From assembly GCA_963662315.1 (NCBI GenBank), contig OY759353.1:1024001-1088000 (forward strand): 64,000 nt of DNA, in the 5' to 3' direction. The notes beneath the pieces were generated by a model. That model was not told where the DNA came from, ran no database searches, and was given only the letters and a program-made list of their open reading frames with translations. The position numbers and the translations under genes were made by a program. Positions within the stretch are counted from its first letter, which is position 1. Each line of letters begins with the position of its first letter. Shown piece after piece: positions 1 through 10,760 of this stretch. Source of the DNA: Geopsychrobacteraceae bacterium. GTDB lineage: Bacteria > Desulfobacterota > Desulfuromonadia > Desulfuromonadales > Geopsychrobacteraceae.

Positions 1-100
1 TCTACTTAACAACCTGAACCCTCTTGCTCCACAGCTCGCGCATCACAGAAACAGACTCTTTAACAGCGTTGCGGAGCAAAACCTGATCGTCTTTGTTTAT

Positions 101-2224
101 TTACGGCATGGGATAAGACAAACCATACCCAAAGGGATAGAGGGTATCTGCACCAGGATATCCCGGTGCATCCTCATCCTGATCGATGACAGCCTGCAGA
201 TTATTTGCTAAAGCAAAAGGAAGTTTCCCCTGAGGATTTTGAACTCCGGTCAGAACATCCATCAAGGCATTATCGCTGACACCAAAGGTGGCCAGCAAAG
301 CTCCCGCATCGCGAACGCCCGAAGCGTCATCAATGACATAAGGTTGCCGGAAGTAAATGGAGATGACTGTATTTTCAGCGCCAACGGTAGCCATAACCGT
401 ATTAATGTCAGCAAGAGACGGGGTCATCTTCCATGATGCTGCATCGGTCATGGAGGAGAAAGACAACTTACTCAGTTCATCCGGATTGGCACCACCATAA
501 AACAGGTAAGGGAGATGGCCGCTGTTATCAACAGTGACGCGGATAACAGCGACGTCTGCACCGCTGGCAGCGGCAACGCCATCAGTATCGCCATCAATAA
601 CCGCATAGCTGCCCCATTCAGCATCGCTGACAACATCCGGATTCATCCCCATGGTAAAGAGGGTGACCTTGTCCCCTGCCGTGCCATCCTCATTCAGATC
701 GTCAGCCGGTGGCAAAGGCAAAACCGAGTCGTCGGTGTTTTTCAGCAAGACAACCGATTTCCTCTGCGCTTCCATGCCGAGTTCACGGAAAGCGGCTTTC
801 CCAACGGTCGCCGTTGCCACAGCGGGATCAACATAAGGATTTTCAAAAAGACCCAATTCAAACTGAACCTTCAGCAAACGTTTTACAGACTCATCAACCC
901 GACTTTCGGGCACCTGCCAATAGCCATTGCCTATGGCACTCATAATCTTCGCGTTGTCGTGGTAACCTGAAAGAACATCGACTCCGGCATCAATGGCGAT
1001 GAAAATCAGCTGTTCTTCTGTCAGGTCTTCCAGTCCCCAGGCCTGATTGACGATGATCCCAGTGTCGGAATTAACAACGCCTTCAAAACCTAGCTCCCCC
1101 CTCAACAGGTCGGTCACAATTCCCCTGGAAAAGGACATCCCGACATCATTCGGATAGTATGCTTGATTAACCGGAATACCGTAATAGGGCATTATGGCAG
1201 CGACACCGCTATCAATAGCCGTCCGGAATGGCTTGAGGTGGTAGGCAAAATTATTTGCAGGATAGGCCTGATTTTTTCCGAAGTCATAGTGGGGATCAGC
1301 ACCATCCAGCTGAGGACCACCACCAGGAAAATGCTTCATGGTCAGCATCACACTGCCAGCCCCCAGTTTGGCTCCCTGAATATTTTTCACCAGAGTCCCC
1401 ATAATATCAGCCGCCAGATCGGCATCTTCAGTAAAGGTCTCATGAACTCTGAACCAGCGTGGTTCCGTTGCCAGATCAGCCATGTACCCGTACATTCCCC
1501 TTAGCCCGATGGATGTCCATTCAGCAGCCATTGTCTGACCGAATTGAGCGATAAGATCCATATCCCGTGTGGCTGCAAGACCTGCTTCTTTAGGCCATTC
1601 TGAAAAAGACCCAGCCGCAACATTCACCCCCGCTCTGGCATCATGGGTGTAGTGATTACGTGCATTCGACTTAAAAAGAACCGGAATCCCCAGCCGTGTC
1701 GATTCGGCGAGTTGCTGCATAGAATTCATAAAAGCAGCTGCTTCCGCAGGAGAAACCTCCGCCGAGGCCCCCCATCCTCCTCCTGAAACCGTATCTGCCG
1801 GATCACCGGTAACGGTGTTCCTGAAAATAAACCGGGTCATGTGTTGGCTGTTGACATAGTCAGCAGCATTATTAGGCAGGGCTCCATCCAGATCTGAGCC
1901 GAGGGTGTCTATCATCATCATGCCAGCTTTTTCCTCAAGGGTCATCTGGCTGACGAGATCATCAATCCGCTCGTCGATGGGGGCGCGCCAATCCTCATAA
2001 GTGTCCAACTTGCCGTTATTATTAAGATCTTTAAACTCAAATGAATCCACGGTGATAACATCTTTTGAGCGCGCATCCAGAGAGGCCTGCACTATCGAAT
2101 CCGAATCTTTGTCGTCAGAGGAATCGGAGCATCCTGATATAAAACCGGTCATTACAAACAATACAGCACTCAGGAAGACAATCGAACTCCTGAAAGCCAC
2201 TCGCAAGCCACGTTCTTGTTTCAT
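101..2224 (-). CDS. Glycoside hydrolase family 3 (beta-glucosidase-like), predicted lipoprotein
   Basis: GH3 motifs KHFPGGG, IMPYY, LRGELGFEGVVNSD and C-terminal YPFGYGLSY. Lipobox-like FISGC. ATG at 2224 follows GAGGAG; the ORF track extends to 2266. Confidence 0.9.
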   Translation of the reverse strand: MKQERGLRVAFRSSIVFLSAVLFVMTGFISGCSDSSDDKDSDSIVQASLDARSKDVITVDSFEFKDLNNNGKLDTYEDWRAPIDERIDDLVSQMTLEEKAGMMMIDTLGSDLDGALPNNAADYVNSQHMTRFIFRNTVTGDPADTVSGGGWGASAEVSPAEAAAFMNSMQQLAESTRLGIPVLFKSNARNHYTHDARAGVNVAAGSFSEWPKEAGLAATRDMDLIAQFGQTMAAEWTSIGLRGMYGYMADLATEPRWFRVHETFTEDADLAADIMGTLVKNIQGAKLGAGSVMLTMKHFPGGGPQLDGADPHYDFGKNQAYPANNFAYHLKPFRTAIDSGVAAIMPYYGIPVNQAYYPNDVGMSFSRGIVTDLLRGELGFEGVVNSDTGIIVNQAWGLEDLTEEQLIFIAIDAGVDVLSGYHDNAKIMSAIGNGYWQVPESRVDESVKRLLKVQFELGLFENPYVDPAVATATVGKAAFRELGMEAQRKSVVLLKNTDDSVLPLPPADDLNEDGTAGDKVTLFTMGMNPDVVSDAEWGSYAVIDGDTDGVAAASGADVAVIRVTVDNSGHLPYLFYGGANPDELSKLSFSSMTDAASWKMTPSLADINTVMATVGAENTVISIYFRQPYVIDDASGVRDAGALLATFGVSDNALMDVLTGVQNPQGKLPFALANNLQAVIDQDEDAPGYPGADTLYPFGYGLSYPMP

Positions 2225-2283
2225 AAATTCTCCTCTTGGATTTATGTTCACGACATAAAGAGGCAAAGACGTTGGACGGCCTC

Positions 2284-2322
2284 AATTTCGACTTTGTATC
2301 CTCAAAATACAAAGTCGAAATT
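2284..2322. promoter_or_regulatory. Palindromic operator, probably for the ROK repressor
   Basis: Perfect 16-bp arms AATTTCGACTTTGTAT-N7-ATACAAAGTCGAAATT between the divergent GH3 and ROK genes. The core GACTTTGTA-N9-TACAAAGTC recurs at 10761. A minus-strand TTGACA lies at 2346-2341. Confidence 0.75.
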
Positions 2323-2527
2323 AAACCCCTTTCTATTTTATGTCAACCGGTTTTTTGAAATGGTGAAAAGGCATGAAAATACGCACGAACATCCATATTT
2401 CCAAATAGTTGTTTTTTTATATTTCGCACTTTCCCAGGTAAAGGTAATATGCTAACTCTTAGCCATCTCGGGTAACGGTGAGAACGATTCAAGCCGAATC
2501 AATTCCTCAGAAAAGGATTTTACTGCC

Positions 2528-3754
2528 GTGTCATTAAACACAGTCACATCTTTAGACAAAACAACGATGCGTTCTATAAATCAGTACAAGGTGTTATATA
2601 TTATTCGTGATTGCCAACCGATTTCACGACCGGATATCGCCAAAAGAACGGGGTTGAGTCGGGGCGCTGTTTCAACGATTACCGGCCATTTGCTGGATAA
2701 AAACTTATTACTGGAAAAGGAAATTGGGGTTTCGATTGGTGGCCGTCGACCGGCGTTGCTGGCCTTGAATCCGGAGGGTGCTTACACGATAGGGGTTTTT
2801 CTTTCCGAGCAACGCATCAATGTAGTCATTATCAATCTTCAGGCCGATATCCTGGCAGAGCATTCGATGTTTTTTGAAGAAAAAGACACCTCTCCTGAGG
2901 TTGTTGCTGAAAAAATAGCCCAGGCGGTTCACCTCTGTATCAGCAACACGAAGCTGACATTAGAACAAATTTCCGGGATCGGACTCGCAGTTCCGGGCCT
3001 GATTGCCTCTCCCGACAGCCTCGTTAAATTTGTATTGAACTACCAATGGGAAAATATTCATTTCAAAGAAATTCTCAATAAAAAGCTCAGCATCCCCATC
3101 TATATCGAGAATAGCGTCAAGTGCGTATCCCTGGCTGAACAATGGTTTGGAGAGGGCAAGGATGTGGACAACTTCATTGTTGTCAATCTCGCTCAAGGGA
3201 TTGCGATTGGAATTGTCATCAACGGCCAACTTTACACTGGAACCTCCGGTATGGCTGGAGAGTTCGGCCACACAACAATTGATTCATCGGGACCTCTCTG
3301 CAGGTGTGGAAAAACGGGTTGTTTTGAAGCATTTACAGGGAATCACGCCATCCTCAACCGAGCCAGAGAACTCGCATTGGAAGGCCAATGGAAAACAGAT
3401 ATGGATTTGGATGAATTGACAATAGAAGATATTGTCCGTTCAGCTCACGATGGTGAAGAATCATTGATTGCATTGTATCAAGCAGCCGGCCGCGCCCTTG
3501 GAATCGGAGTCGCTAACCTCATGCAGATATTCAATCCTTCCAAAATCATCATCACGGGAAGGGGCACTATTGCTGGAAACCTGTTGTTTGACAGCATGTA
3601 TGAGACAATTCCGCAATTCCTGCCCGGAAATGGAGACAACCGTGCTGAGGTTGTTGTGCCGAAGTGGAAACATACTGATGCGGCCAGAGGCGCAGGGGTC
3701 AAGGTTTTACAGGAAATCTATCAAGTCACGCATGACAGGAAAGTGTCAAAATAA
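2528..3754 (+). CDS. ROK family transcriptional repressor (XylR/NagC-like)
   Basis: N-terminal HTH (ISRPDIAKRTGLSRGAVS), GGRRP linker, ROK signature GEFGH...CRCGKTGCFE. Confidence 0.92.
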   Translation: MSLNTVTSLDKTTMRSINQYKVLYIIRDCQPISRPDIAKRTGLSRGAVSTITGHLLDKNLLLEKEIGVSIGGRRPALLALNPEGAYTIGVFLSEQRINVVIINLQADILAEHSMFFEEKDTSPEVVAEKIAQAVHLCISNTKLTLEQISGIGLAVPGLIASPDSLVKFVLNYQWENIHFKEILNKKLSIPIYIENSVKCVSLAEQWFGEGKDVDNFIVVNLAQGIAIGIVINGQLYTGTSGMAGEFGHTTIDSSGPLCRCGKTGCFEAFTGNHAILNRARELALEGQWKTDMDLDELTIEDIVRSAHDGEESLIALYQAAGRALGIGVANLMQIFNPSKIIITGRGTIAGNLLFDSMYETIPQFLPGNGDNRAEVVVPKWKHTDAARGAGVKVLQEIYQVTHDRKVSK

Positions 3755-4144
3755 CGGGGAGAAAATAACTCGCACTTTTTACGCCCCACAACAGCGTCAA
3801 CCTCCCCCTTCCATGATCTAAGATCATACCTTTGTCGCTTGTCCAGCGTCTCTATTTTTAAATGGTTGTCATCTGGAAACTCTGAAGAGCAACGGTTAAG
3901 TTTTCAGATTAGAAACAAGCATTTTTTTGTTATAGCGATGAATTCAATGGGTTGCGCTAAGGCGTAGCACCTTACGCCGCACAAGAAAACCCGCAGATTG
4001 ATACCGCCACAGCGGAAAAAGTCCGCTTCCGGATGAAAACTAATCAACAATCAACTTAGCTGCATTTATCCAGAGATGTTTCCTCTTTACTACATAGTAC
4101 GGTATAGCATAGTATGACAACAAAACCAACATAAGGAGGATTTC

Positions 4145-4984
4145 ATGGGATTGGATCTGTCAGGAAAGGTTGCCGTTGTTACCGGAGGCGGCGGTGTTTT
4201 GGGAGCATCATTTGCTGAGGCGTTGGCCTCCAAAGGCGCATCTTTAGCGGTCCTGGACTTGAATGAAGAGGCCGCAACCAAGGTTGCTGATGAAATATCC
4301 TCAAAAGGAAATAAGGCCATTGCTATCCAGACTGATGTGCTTAACAGAGAGAGTCTGGAAAAAGCGGAAAAAATCGTTCGAGAAAAACTGGGGATTTGCA
4401 GTATCCTGGTAAATGGGGCTGGTGGCAATCATCCGAAGGGAACCACAGACAATGAATTCCTGACCCCAGAAGACCTGGAAAAGGAAGGTCTGAAAACCTT
4501 TTTTGACCTGGATGAAAATGGAATCCGCTTTGTTTTTGATCTGAATTTTCTGGGCTCCCTGCTGACATCTCAGGTTTTTTGCAGGGCGATGGTTGGTCAA
4601 GAGGACAATTGTGTCATCAACATCTCTTCAATGAATGCTTTTACGCCGTTAACAAAAATTCCGGCCTATAGCGGTGCTAAAGCCGCCGTCAGCAACTTCA
4701 CCCAGTGGCTGGCGGTGCATATGTCAAAAGTCGGCATCCGGGTGAATGCCATCGCACCAGGTTTTTTCCTGACCAACCAGAACAGATCCCTTCTGGTCAA
4801 CGAAGATGGCAGTTTTAAACCGCGAGCGGAAAAAATCTTGGGGCAAACCCCCATGGCCCGCTTTGGTGAACCGGAAGAGCTTCTCGGGACCCTGCTCTGG
4901 CTGGTGGATTCACGCTCTTCCGGATTTGTTAACGGCGTCGTTATTCCTGTGGACGGCGGATTCTCCGCATATTCCGGAGTTTAG
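4145..4984 (+). CDS. uxuB: SDR family D-mannonate oxidoreductase
   Basis: TGGGGVLG, NGAGGN and YSGAKAA motifs, PLTKIPAY, terminal GGFSAYSGV; directly upstream of uxuA. Confidence 0.85.
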   Translation: MGLDLSGKVAVVTGGGGVLGASFAEALASKGASLAVLDLNEEAATKVADEISSKGNKAIAIQTDVLNRESLEKAEKIVREKLGICSILVNGAGGNHPKGTTDNEFLTPEDLEKEGLKTFFDLDENGIRFVFDLNFLGSLLTSQVFCRAMVGQEDNCVINISSMNAFTPLTKIPAYSGAKAAVSNFTQWLAVHMSKVGIRVNAIAPGFFLTNQNRSLLVNEDGSFKPRAEKILGQTPMARFGEPEELLGTLLWLVDSRSSGFVNGVVIPVDGGFSAYSGV

Positions 4985-4996
4985 GAGGATTACATC

Positions 4997-6208
4997 ATGG
5001 CATTAGAAGAATCTTTTCGCTGGTACGGACCGAATGACACGGTCTCGTTGGAATACATCAAACAGACCGGCGCGACAGCGGTCATTACCAGTTTGCACCA
5101 GATCCCATACGGTGAAGCTTGGTCTTATGAGAGCATTATAGAACGTAAGACCATGGTTGAAGCCGCAGGCCTCCGCTGGGCTGCCGTGGAATCGGTTCCG
5201 GTCCACGAGGATATTAAAACACGAACCGGAAACTACCAGCAGTATATTGAAAATTACAAAATCAGCCTTGCAAACCTGGGAAAAGCAGGCGTGGATGTTG
5301 TTATTTACAACTTCATGCCGGTCCTGGATTGGGTGCGGACCGATCTGGCCCACAAACTGGAAGACGGAACGGAATGCCTTTATTTTGATCCCGTTCAATT
5401 CGCTGCTTTTGAAATCTATCTACTGAAGCGGGAAGGTGCCGAGGCAGATTATTCCGCCGAACAGCTGGATAAGGCCAAACAATTTATCAACAGCCTCTCG
5501 GATGAGGAAAAGAAAACCTTTGAACGAAACCTGATCGATGTCTTCCCCGGGACCAAGATGGGATTGGATATCCAGGATGTCCGGGATATGCTGGCAAAAT
5601 ACAAGAACATCAACCGGGAAAAGTTGAAAGAACATTTCAAGCTTTTTCTGGAAGAGGTCATTCCCGTTGCGTCACAGTCCGGAGTACGGCTTGCCGTGCA
5701 TCCTGATGATCCACCATGGAACATCATGGGGCTTCCGCGTATTGTCAGTTGCGAGGAAGATATTCGTGATCTGTTGGCGATGGTCGATGATCCTGCCAAC
5801 GGTCTGGCCTTCTGCACGGGAAGTTACAGCCCCCGGGCGGATAACAATTTACCCGAGATGATCAGGAAATTCGGACACCGGATTAATGTTGCCCACCTGC
5901 GCAGTACCCAGCGCAACCCCGATGGCAGTTTTTATGAGGCAAATCACCTGGAAGGGTCTGTCGATATGTATAGCGTCGTCAAGGCTCTGCTGGAAGAGAT
6001 GGCAGTTAGAAAAAAGGCAGGGCGGAAGGATTGGCGACTGACATATCGTCCTGATCATGGGCACACGATGATGGATGATCTGGCCAAACCCCCGATTGAC
6101 AATCCCGGATACACAGCCATCGGACGAATGAGAGGGCTTGCCGAGATCCGAGGCTTGGAGCTTGGAATTCTTCGCTCAACTCCCAGTTTGGCAGATTTGG
6201 ACGATTAA
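4997..6208 (+). CDS. uxuA: Mannonate dehydratase
   Basis: FRWYGPND, YNFMPVLDWVRT, HPDDPP, RPDHGH and PGYTAIGRMRGLAE motifs. Confidence 0.96.
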   Translation: MALEESFRWYGPNDTVSLEYIKQTGATAVITSLHQIPYGEAWSYESIIERKTMVEAAGLRWAAVESVPVHEDIKTRTGNYQQYIENYKISLANLGKAGVDVVIYNFMPVLDWVRTDLAHKLEDGTECLYFDPVQFAAFEIYLLKREGAEADYSAEQLDKAKQFINSLSDEEKKTFERNLIDVFPGTKMGLDIQDVRDMLAKYKNINREKLKEHFKLFLEEVIPVASQSGVRLAVHPDDPPWNIMGLPRIVSCEEDIRDLLAMVDDPANGLAFCTGSYSPRADNNLPEMIRKFGHRINVAHLRSTQRNPDGSFYEANHLEGSVDMYSVVKALLEEMAVRKKAGRKDWRLTYRPDHGHTMMDDLAKPPIDNPGYTAIGRMRGLAEIRGLELGILRSTPSLADLDD

Positions 6209-6239
6209 CAATCTATTGCAAAAAACAACCCGAACCGTA

Positions 6240-6279
6240 TTATGTTCAACCGGGATATCAATATCCCGGTTGAACATAA
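6240..6279. repeat. Perfect 19-bp inverted repeat (terminator, mRNA stabiliser or operator)
   Basis: TTATGTTCAACCGGGATAT-CA-ATATCCCGGTTGAACATAA between uxuA and the GntR gene. Confidence 0.8.
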
Positions 6280-6303
6280 ACTCCGCAACAAAGGAGCTCT
6301 CCC

Positions 6304-7287
6304 CTGAAGCAGAACATTAACCCTAAATATCAGCTCATTATTGCTGATATTCACGAACAGATTTCCACAAAAAAAATCCTTCCCGGTAATGCGCTGCCAT
6401 CAATTTCAGAGCTAAGCCGTAGCTATGGAGTCGCACGGGAAACGGTGGTCAAAGTCTATCGTATTTTAAAGCAATCCGGGCTTATCGATTCTGTTCCAGG
6501 AAAAGGTTTCTTCCTCATTTCCGATCAGTTGAATGAAGCACCCCGCGTATTTCTTGTTCTGAACAGTTTTAATCCCTATATGCAGGTTCTCTACAACTCC
6601 TTTTCCAAAGCGCTGGATCCTGGAGTTCGCGTAGATATCTATTTCCATCATCACAATATCGATGTTTTTCACAACCTTATTCAATCTTATAGCGGCCGCT
6701 ATTCGCACTACATTATCAAGCCTTTTGTTCATAGTGAAGTTCCCGGACTCTTGCAAGAGCTTGATCCATCAAAATTGCTGCTGCTGGACAGAAGTGAATA
6801 TAACGACCTGGCCAAAAATTATCTTTGCCAGGACTTTAGAAACGGGTTTGTTGCTTCTTTAGCAGAAGCCCTCCCCCGCCTCCGCACTTACCGTGGATTC
6901 GAGCTTATCAGGTCTGATAAGAACCTCCATCCAGCAGCGTCATTTGAGGCTTTTCGCAATTTCCTGGACAGAGAAGATCTTTCAGGAGGTATTCTCGATA
7001 GATTTTCATCTAAAGATATCCGCAAAAAACATGCGTATCTGGTTATGACCGATGAAGATTTGGTCAATCTCCTGACCTTGGCCAGACAGAGGTCCTGGGT
7101 TCCGGGAAGGGATATCGGCATCATTTCGTATAATGATTCTCCGCTTCTGGAATTTATTGCCGGAGGGATCACCAGCCTCTCTGTCAATTTCATGCGCATG
7201 GGAGAATTAGCTGCGGATTTCATACAGTCGGGCACACCCCGCCAAACGATCATGCAACCCGATCTGCTTATCCGCAGCAGCCTCTAA
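6304..7287 (+). CDS. GntR-family regulator with LacI-like sensor domain; probable CTG start
   Basis: The frame is open upstream of the track start (6445) and encodes the GntR wHTH PKYQLII...GNALPSISELSRSYGVARETVVKVY. AAGGAG at 6291-6296 precedes CTG at 6304. The C-terminus GRDIGIISYND...LLIRSSL is LacI-like. Confidence 0.85.
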   Translation: MKQNINPKYQLIIADIHEQISTKKILPGNALPSISELSRSYGVARETVVKVYRILKQSGLIDSVPGKGFFLISDQLNEAPRVFLVLNSFNPYMQVLYNSFSKALDPGVRVDIYFHHHNIDVFHNLIQSYSGRYSHYIIKPFVHSEVPGLLQELDPSKLLLLDRSEYNDLAKNYLCQDFRNGFVASLAEALPRLRTYRGFELIRSDKNLHPAASFEAFRNFLDREDLSGGILDRFSSKDIRKKHAYLVMTDEDLVNLLTLARQRSWVPGRDIGIISYNDSPLLEFIAGGITSLSVNFMRMGELAADFIQSGTPRQTIMQPDLLIRSSL

Positions 7288-7535
7288 CTTCGAATTGAGT
7301 CTCTCCTTTTTCCACATTTGCCGCCCTACACTTAAAATGATCGGTGTTCATTCGCTCACTTAAGGGCAACCTGTTGCGGGTGGGTCGGAGATGAAAATCA
7401 ATCAACCTTAGACATGCCCCTTCCCGCTTGGCTGTTATTAAGCAATTGCCTAAACAGCTTTTGAGGAGTCTAATCAGTACAACAATTAAGCAACAGCACC
7501 GCATATCGCTGTGCTGTTGCTTTTCTCATTGCTTC

Positions 7536-7558
7536 AGGCAGAAGAATTACTCTGCCTA
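7536..7558 (-). terminator. Hairpin just after the GH2 stop codon
   Basis: AGGCAGA-agaattac-TCTGCCT inverted repeat overlapping the stop; no strong U-tract. Confidence 0.35.
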
Positions 7559-10378
7559 TTGTTTAACCACGGCAATATTCGACACGATCGCTTTGCCGGT
7601 GGTACCGACGAAGTTCAGAGTCAGTACCCCATTCGAAACCGTTGCATCGAAAGTACGAGCCATAGCCGTTTGGATAGCCCCTGCTTCGGCAACAATATCC
7701 AGATCAGTGATGACCGTGCTGCCATTCGCACTTACGCTGAATACACGCGCCCCCACGGGGGTGTTTCGAGTCGGCTCAAGGAAGCCTAAAGTGACCCGAT
7801 AACTACCATTTGCAACTGGAATTTTATAGCTGAAGTTACTTCCTTCACGCCACATATCCCAAACACGGCCGGTTTCAGGAATTTCCTCACTATCCAGGCC
7901 ATGAATCACTGTATTTCCGCTCAGTCCGATTGCGCCCCATCCTGCAGCAGCTGGCAGTTCACCACCGACAAAGAAGTTGTCAGAACCATACTTATGATTA
8001 CCGAGCAAGGTGCTGTTTGATTCAAAACCGGTCGTTAACTGGCCTGCGGCAATGTAGACATTATTAGCATGATCTTCAGACAGATCCCAGGTAACCGTAT
8101 CTGTCACATCTTCACCATCCACATATGAACCTACGGCCGTTAAGACGTTACTGCCTTCCACCAGCTGTACACCTTCAAATATACAGACATTCATCTGACA
8201 GTCACTCGCATACAGGGTTCCTGCACTTACACCATTCACGTCCAATGTGACTGAGTATGCGTTGCTATACAGTTTAACGTCGGTGATGGTGTATGCGCGA
8301 TCCGTATAACGGCGACTAGCGATATAGGTTACGGGTTCCGTGCTCAGGTTAGCCTGGTAAAAATAGTAGCCATCTTTTCGGATCTGACGGTCAAAAGTCA
8401 CTAAGCCCTTGGTATTGGTTGCACCGACATCGCCTTCATGCCGAATACCAGAGCCAAAATCGAAACTATTCCAGACATATGAACCGTAAACAAAATCCCT
8501 TTTCACCACAGCAGCAAAATTTTTCTCATGAACATAGGCTGCATATTCTTCAGGTTGATAACAGATACGGGCCATGCCAGTACTATCTCGGGCACATACG
8601 CGACCACCCAGAACATTATCGGTATGGTGGGTAATGGCTGCGCCGGCACCGTATTCAGTCAGGCCAATGGGCTGATCAGGATTATCATAATGCAATTGAT
8701 CCAGATGTTCTCCCAGCTGTGTTTCGGATGTTCCGTAGTACCATTGGAAATATCGATTCACGCTGTATGTGTCAGTAATGCCTGCTACTGAAATGTTATC
8801 AGGCAAGACTTCGTCGCCACTACGGGTTACCTGAGAAGCCAGGGTCGTTACACGTGAAGGATCTTCGTTCTTGGCAAGCGCATTGAGACTGTGCAGCAGA
8901 GGAGTGACATTGTTATTTTGCTGCGTCTGACCACGGGCGGTTGTGGTCGTTTCATTGCCGATAGACCAAAGGCCGATGGATGCGTGGTTGTATTGCTGGC
9001 GAATAAGCTCCTGTAGCTGCAGACGAACATTAGCTGCAAATCCGGTCGTTTCCGGGTCTGTAGAATCGAGAGCACTCTGATTGACAAATGGTATTTCGCC
9101 CATCACAACAAAGCCCAATTTATCGGCCTGCTCGAAAGTATAAGAGGAGTGAGGATAGTGCGCCAGCCGGATGGTGTTTGCCCCCATTTCTTTAATGATG
9201 GCCAGAGATTCGTCAGTATCCGCCGTGCTGATGGCCCAGCCTTTGTGCAAATAATCCTGATGCAGGTTGACACCATACAACGGCATATGGATACCGTTCA
9301 GGGCAAATCCGTTGTCTGGGTCGAAAGTCATCTGACGTATGCCAAAATCCTGTACAGACTTATCAATAACATCACCCAGATCGTCCTTGAGTTCAACCAC
9401 CAGCTTATAAAGATAAGGATCAGACATTCCCTGCCATAGGTGAGCCTGGTCAACGGTCAATTCAACTGCCTGTTCTGCTGATGAGTTTGCTTCGATGTCA
9501 AAAGACTGAGACACTTTAGATGCTTTTATCGTTACTCCATCTGGTTCCATCAGAAAAGCACTGACAGTATAAGTCCCAGCGAAGTCGGAATCGTTATTGA
9601 GACGCGTCACACAGTCAATCACAGCCATCCCATCTTCAATGGTTCGCGTTGTCGCATATACTCCTGCACCTGCGACCACCGCGGTAATTTCGTTCCCGCT
9701 GCTGTCTTGTGAAATGACTGATTCATTAAGAGCGAAATGTGCCGCATCGGGTGTTGAAATCAGTGATACCCCACGATACAGGCCTCCAGACATATTAAAA
9801 TCACCACCAAGCGGGGCTATCGCGGTTAAAGAATCGTTAGACTGTGCTTTTGAGTTGTCAGTCCGAACAAGCAAAACATTGCTTTCACTGTTTAATTTGC
9901 CGGTGACATCAAAACGGAAAGCCGTAAACGCGCCTTTATGCTGGCCCAGTTTTTCTCCATTAAGCCACACATCAGCAACAATACTTGCACCATCAAACTG
10001 CAACCACTGTGTTCCTTCACTCTCTATTCCCGAAAATTCAAGACGGTACCAGCCTTGGCCCCGCTTATAACCAGGAGTAGCCGGCGTGGTTTGCTCTGTT
10101 GTCGCAGCGTCTTCAGCATTCCAGGTGTGCGGCAAATCAACTGTCGTCCAACTATCACCAGAGTCTAAAAGTGCTTCTGCTTCAGTTAATGAGTCTTCCT
10201 GGATGAACTGCCAACTACTGTTCAATGGTGTTACTGAGCGAAGTGAGCTGGCATCAACAACCTCAGTCTCTGTTTTGTGTGAGCTGCTGCCCCCATCACA
10301 GCCCGCCAACGCAAGCGCGAGTACACAAACTATTGCAATCGCTATTGTTGTTTTTTTTACATTGGATGTACACTGCAT
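7556..10378 (-). CDS. Glycoside hydrolase family 2 (beta-galactosidase/beta-glucuronidase-like) lipoprotein with C-terminal malectin-like domain
   Basis: LPHTWN, HKGAFTAFRFD, GVNLHQD, GANTIRLAHYP, WSIGNE (acid/base) and LTEYGA (nucleophile) motifs. C-terminal YRVTLGFLE...GARVFSV is malectin-like. Lipobox LALAGC. ATG at 10378 follows GGAGGA. Confidence 0.9.
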   Translation of the reverse strand: MQCTSNVKKTTIAIAIVCVLALALAGCDGGSSSHKTETEVVDASSLRSVTPLNSSWQFIQEDSLTEAEALLDSGDSWTTVDLPHTWNAEDAATTEQTTPATPGYKRGQGWYRLEFSGIESEGTQWLQFDGASIVADVWLNGEKLGQHKGAFTAFRFDVTGKLNSESNVLLVRTDNSKAQSNDSLTAIAPLGGDFNMSGGLYRGVSLISTPDAAHFALNESVISQDSSGNEITAVVAGAGVYATTRTIEDGMAVIDCVTRLNNDSDFAGTYTVSAFLMEPDGVTIKASKVSQSFDIEANSSAEQAVELTVDQAHLWQGMSDPYLYKLVVELKDDLGDVIDKSVQDFGIRQMTFDPDNGFALNGIHMPLYGVNLHQDYLHKGWAISTADTDESLAIIKEMGANTIRLAHYPHSSYTFEQADKLGFVVMGEIPFVNQSALDSTDPETTGFAANVRLQLQELIRQQYNHASIGLWSIGNETTTTARGQTQQNNNVTPLLHSLNALAKNEDPSRVTTLASQVTRSGDEVLPDNISVAGITDTYSVNRYFQWYYGTSETQLGEHLDQLHYDNPDQPIGLTEYGAGAAITHHTDNVLGGRVCARDSTGMARICYQPEEYAAYVHEKNFAAVVKRDFVYGSYVWNSFDFGSGIRHEGDVGATNTKGLVTFDRQIRKDGYYFYQANLSTEPVTYIASRRYTDRAYTITDVKLYSNAYSVTLDVNGVSAGTLYASDCQMNVCIFEGVQLVEGSNVLTAVGSYVDGEDVTDTVTWDLSEDHANNVYIAAGQLTTGFESNSTLLGNHKYGSDNFFVGGELPAAAGWGAIGLSGNTVIHGLDSEEIPETGRVWDMWREGSNFSYKIPVANGSYRVTLGFLEPTRNTPVGARVFSVSANGSTVITDLDIVAEAGAIQTAMARTFDATVSNGVLTLNFVGTTGKAIVSNIAVVKQ

Positions 10379-10760
10379 AGACAAGTCCTCCAATCGCTAA
10401 TAGAAATTACTTGGAAGGGGAAAATCGCGCCTGCGGCGCTGTCAACCACCCATCCCTGCTGATTCTAGTTCAAAAACCGACCTGTTTTTCCCTGTGCTTC
10501 TTCTCCTGCAGAACGATTTCCTGGACAAGATCTCCAGTTGTTAATAGCTCACTTCAACACCTCCTTTTCTTCAGGATATTTAACCTCCCAGTCTTCAATA
10601 TTTGGGCTATGCCAATAAAGTTCTGCCGCTCTTAAAAGGACCCTCAGGCAAACTTCCCATTAGTGAACCTTCATTACCAAAGGTGCAGCTTTAGCAAAAC
10701 CAATCACTCATATATGAAATATGGTTCTAAGAGATATAGGTTTAATATGTCAGGGAAAAC

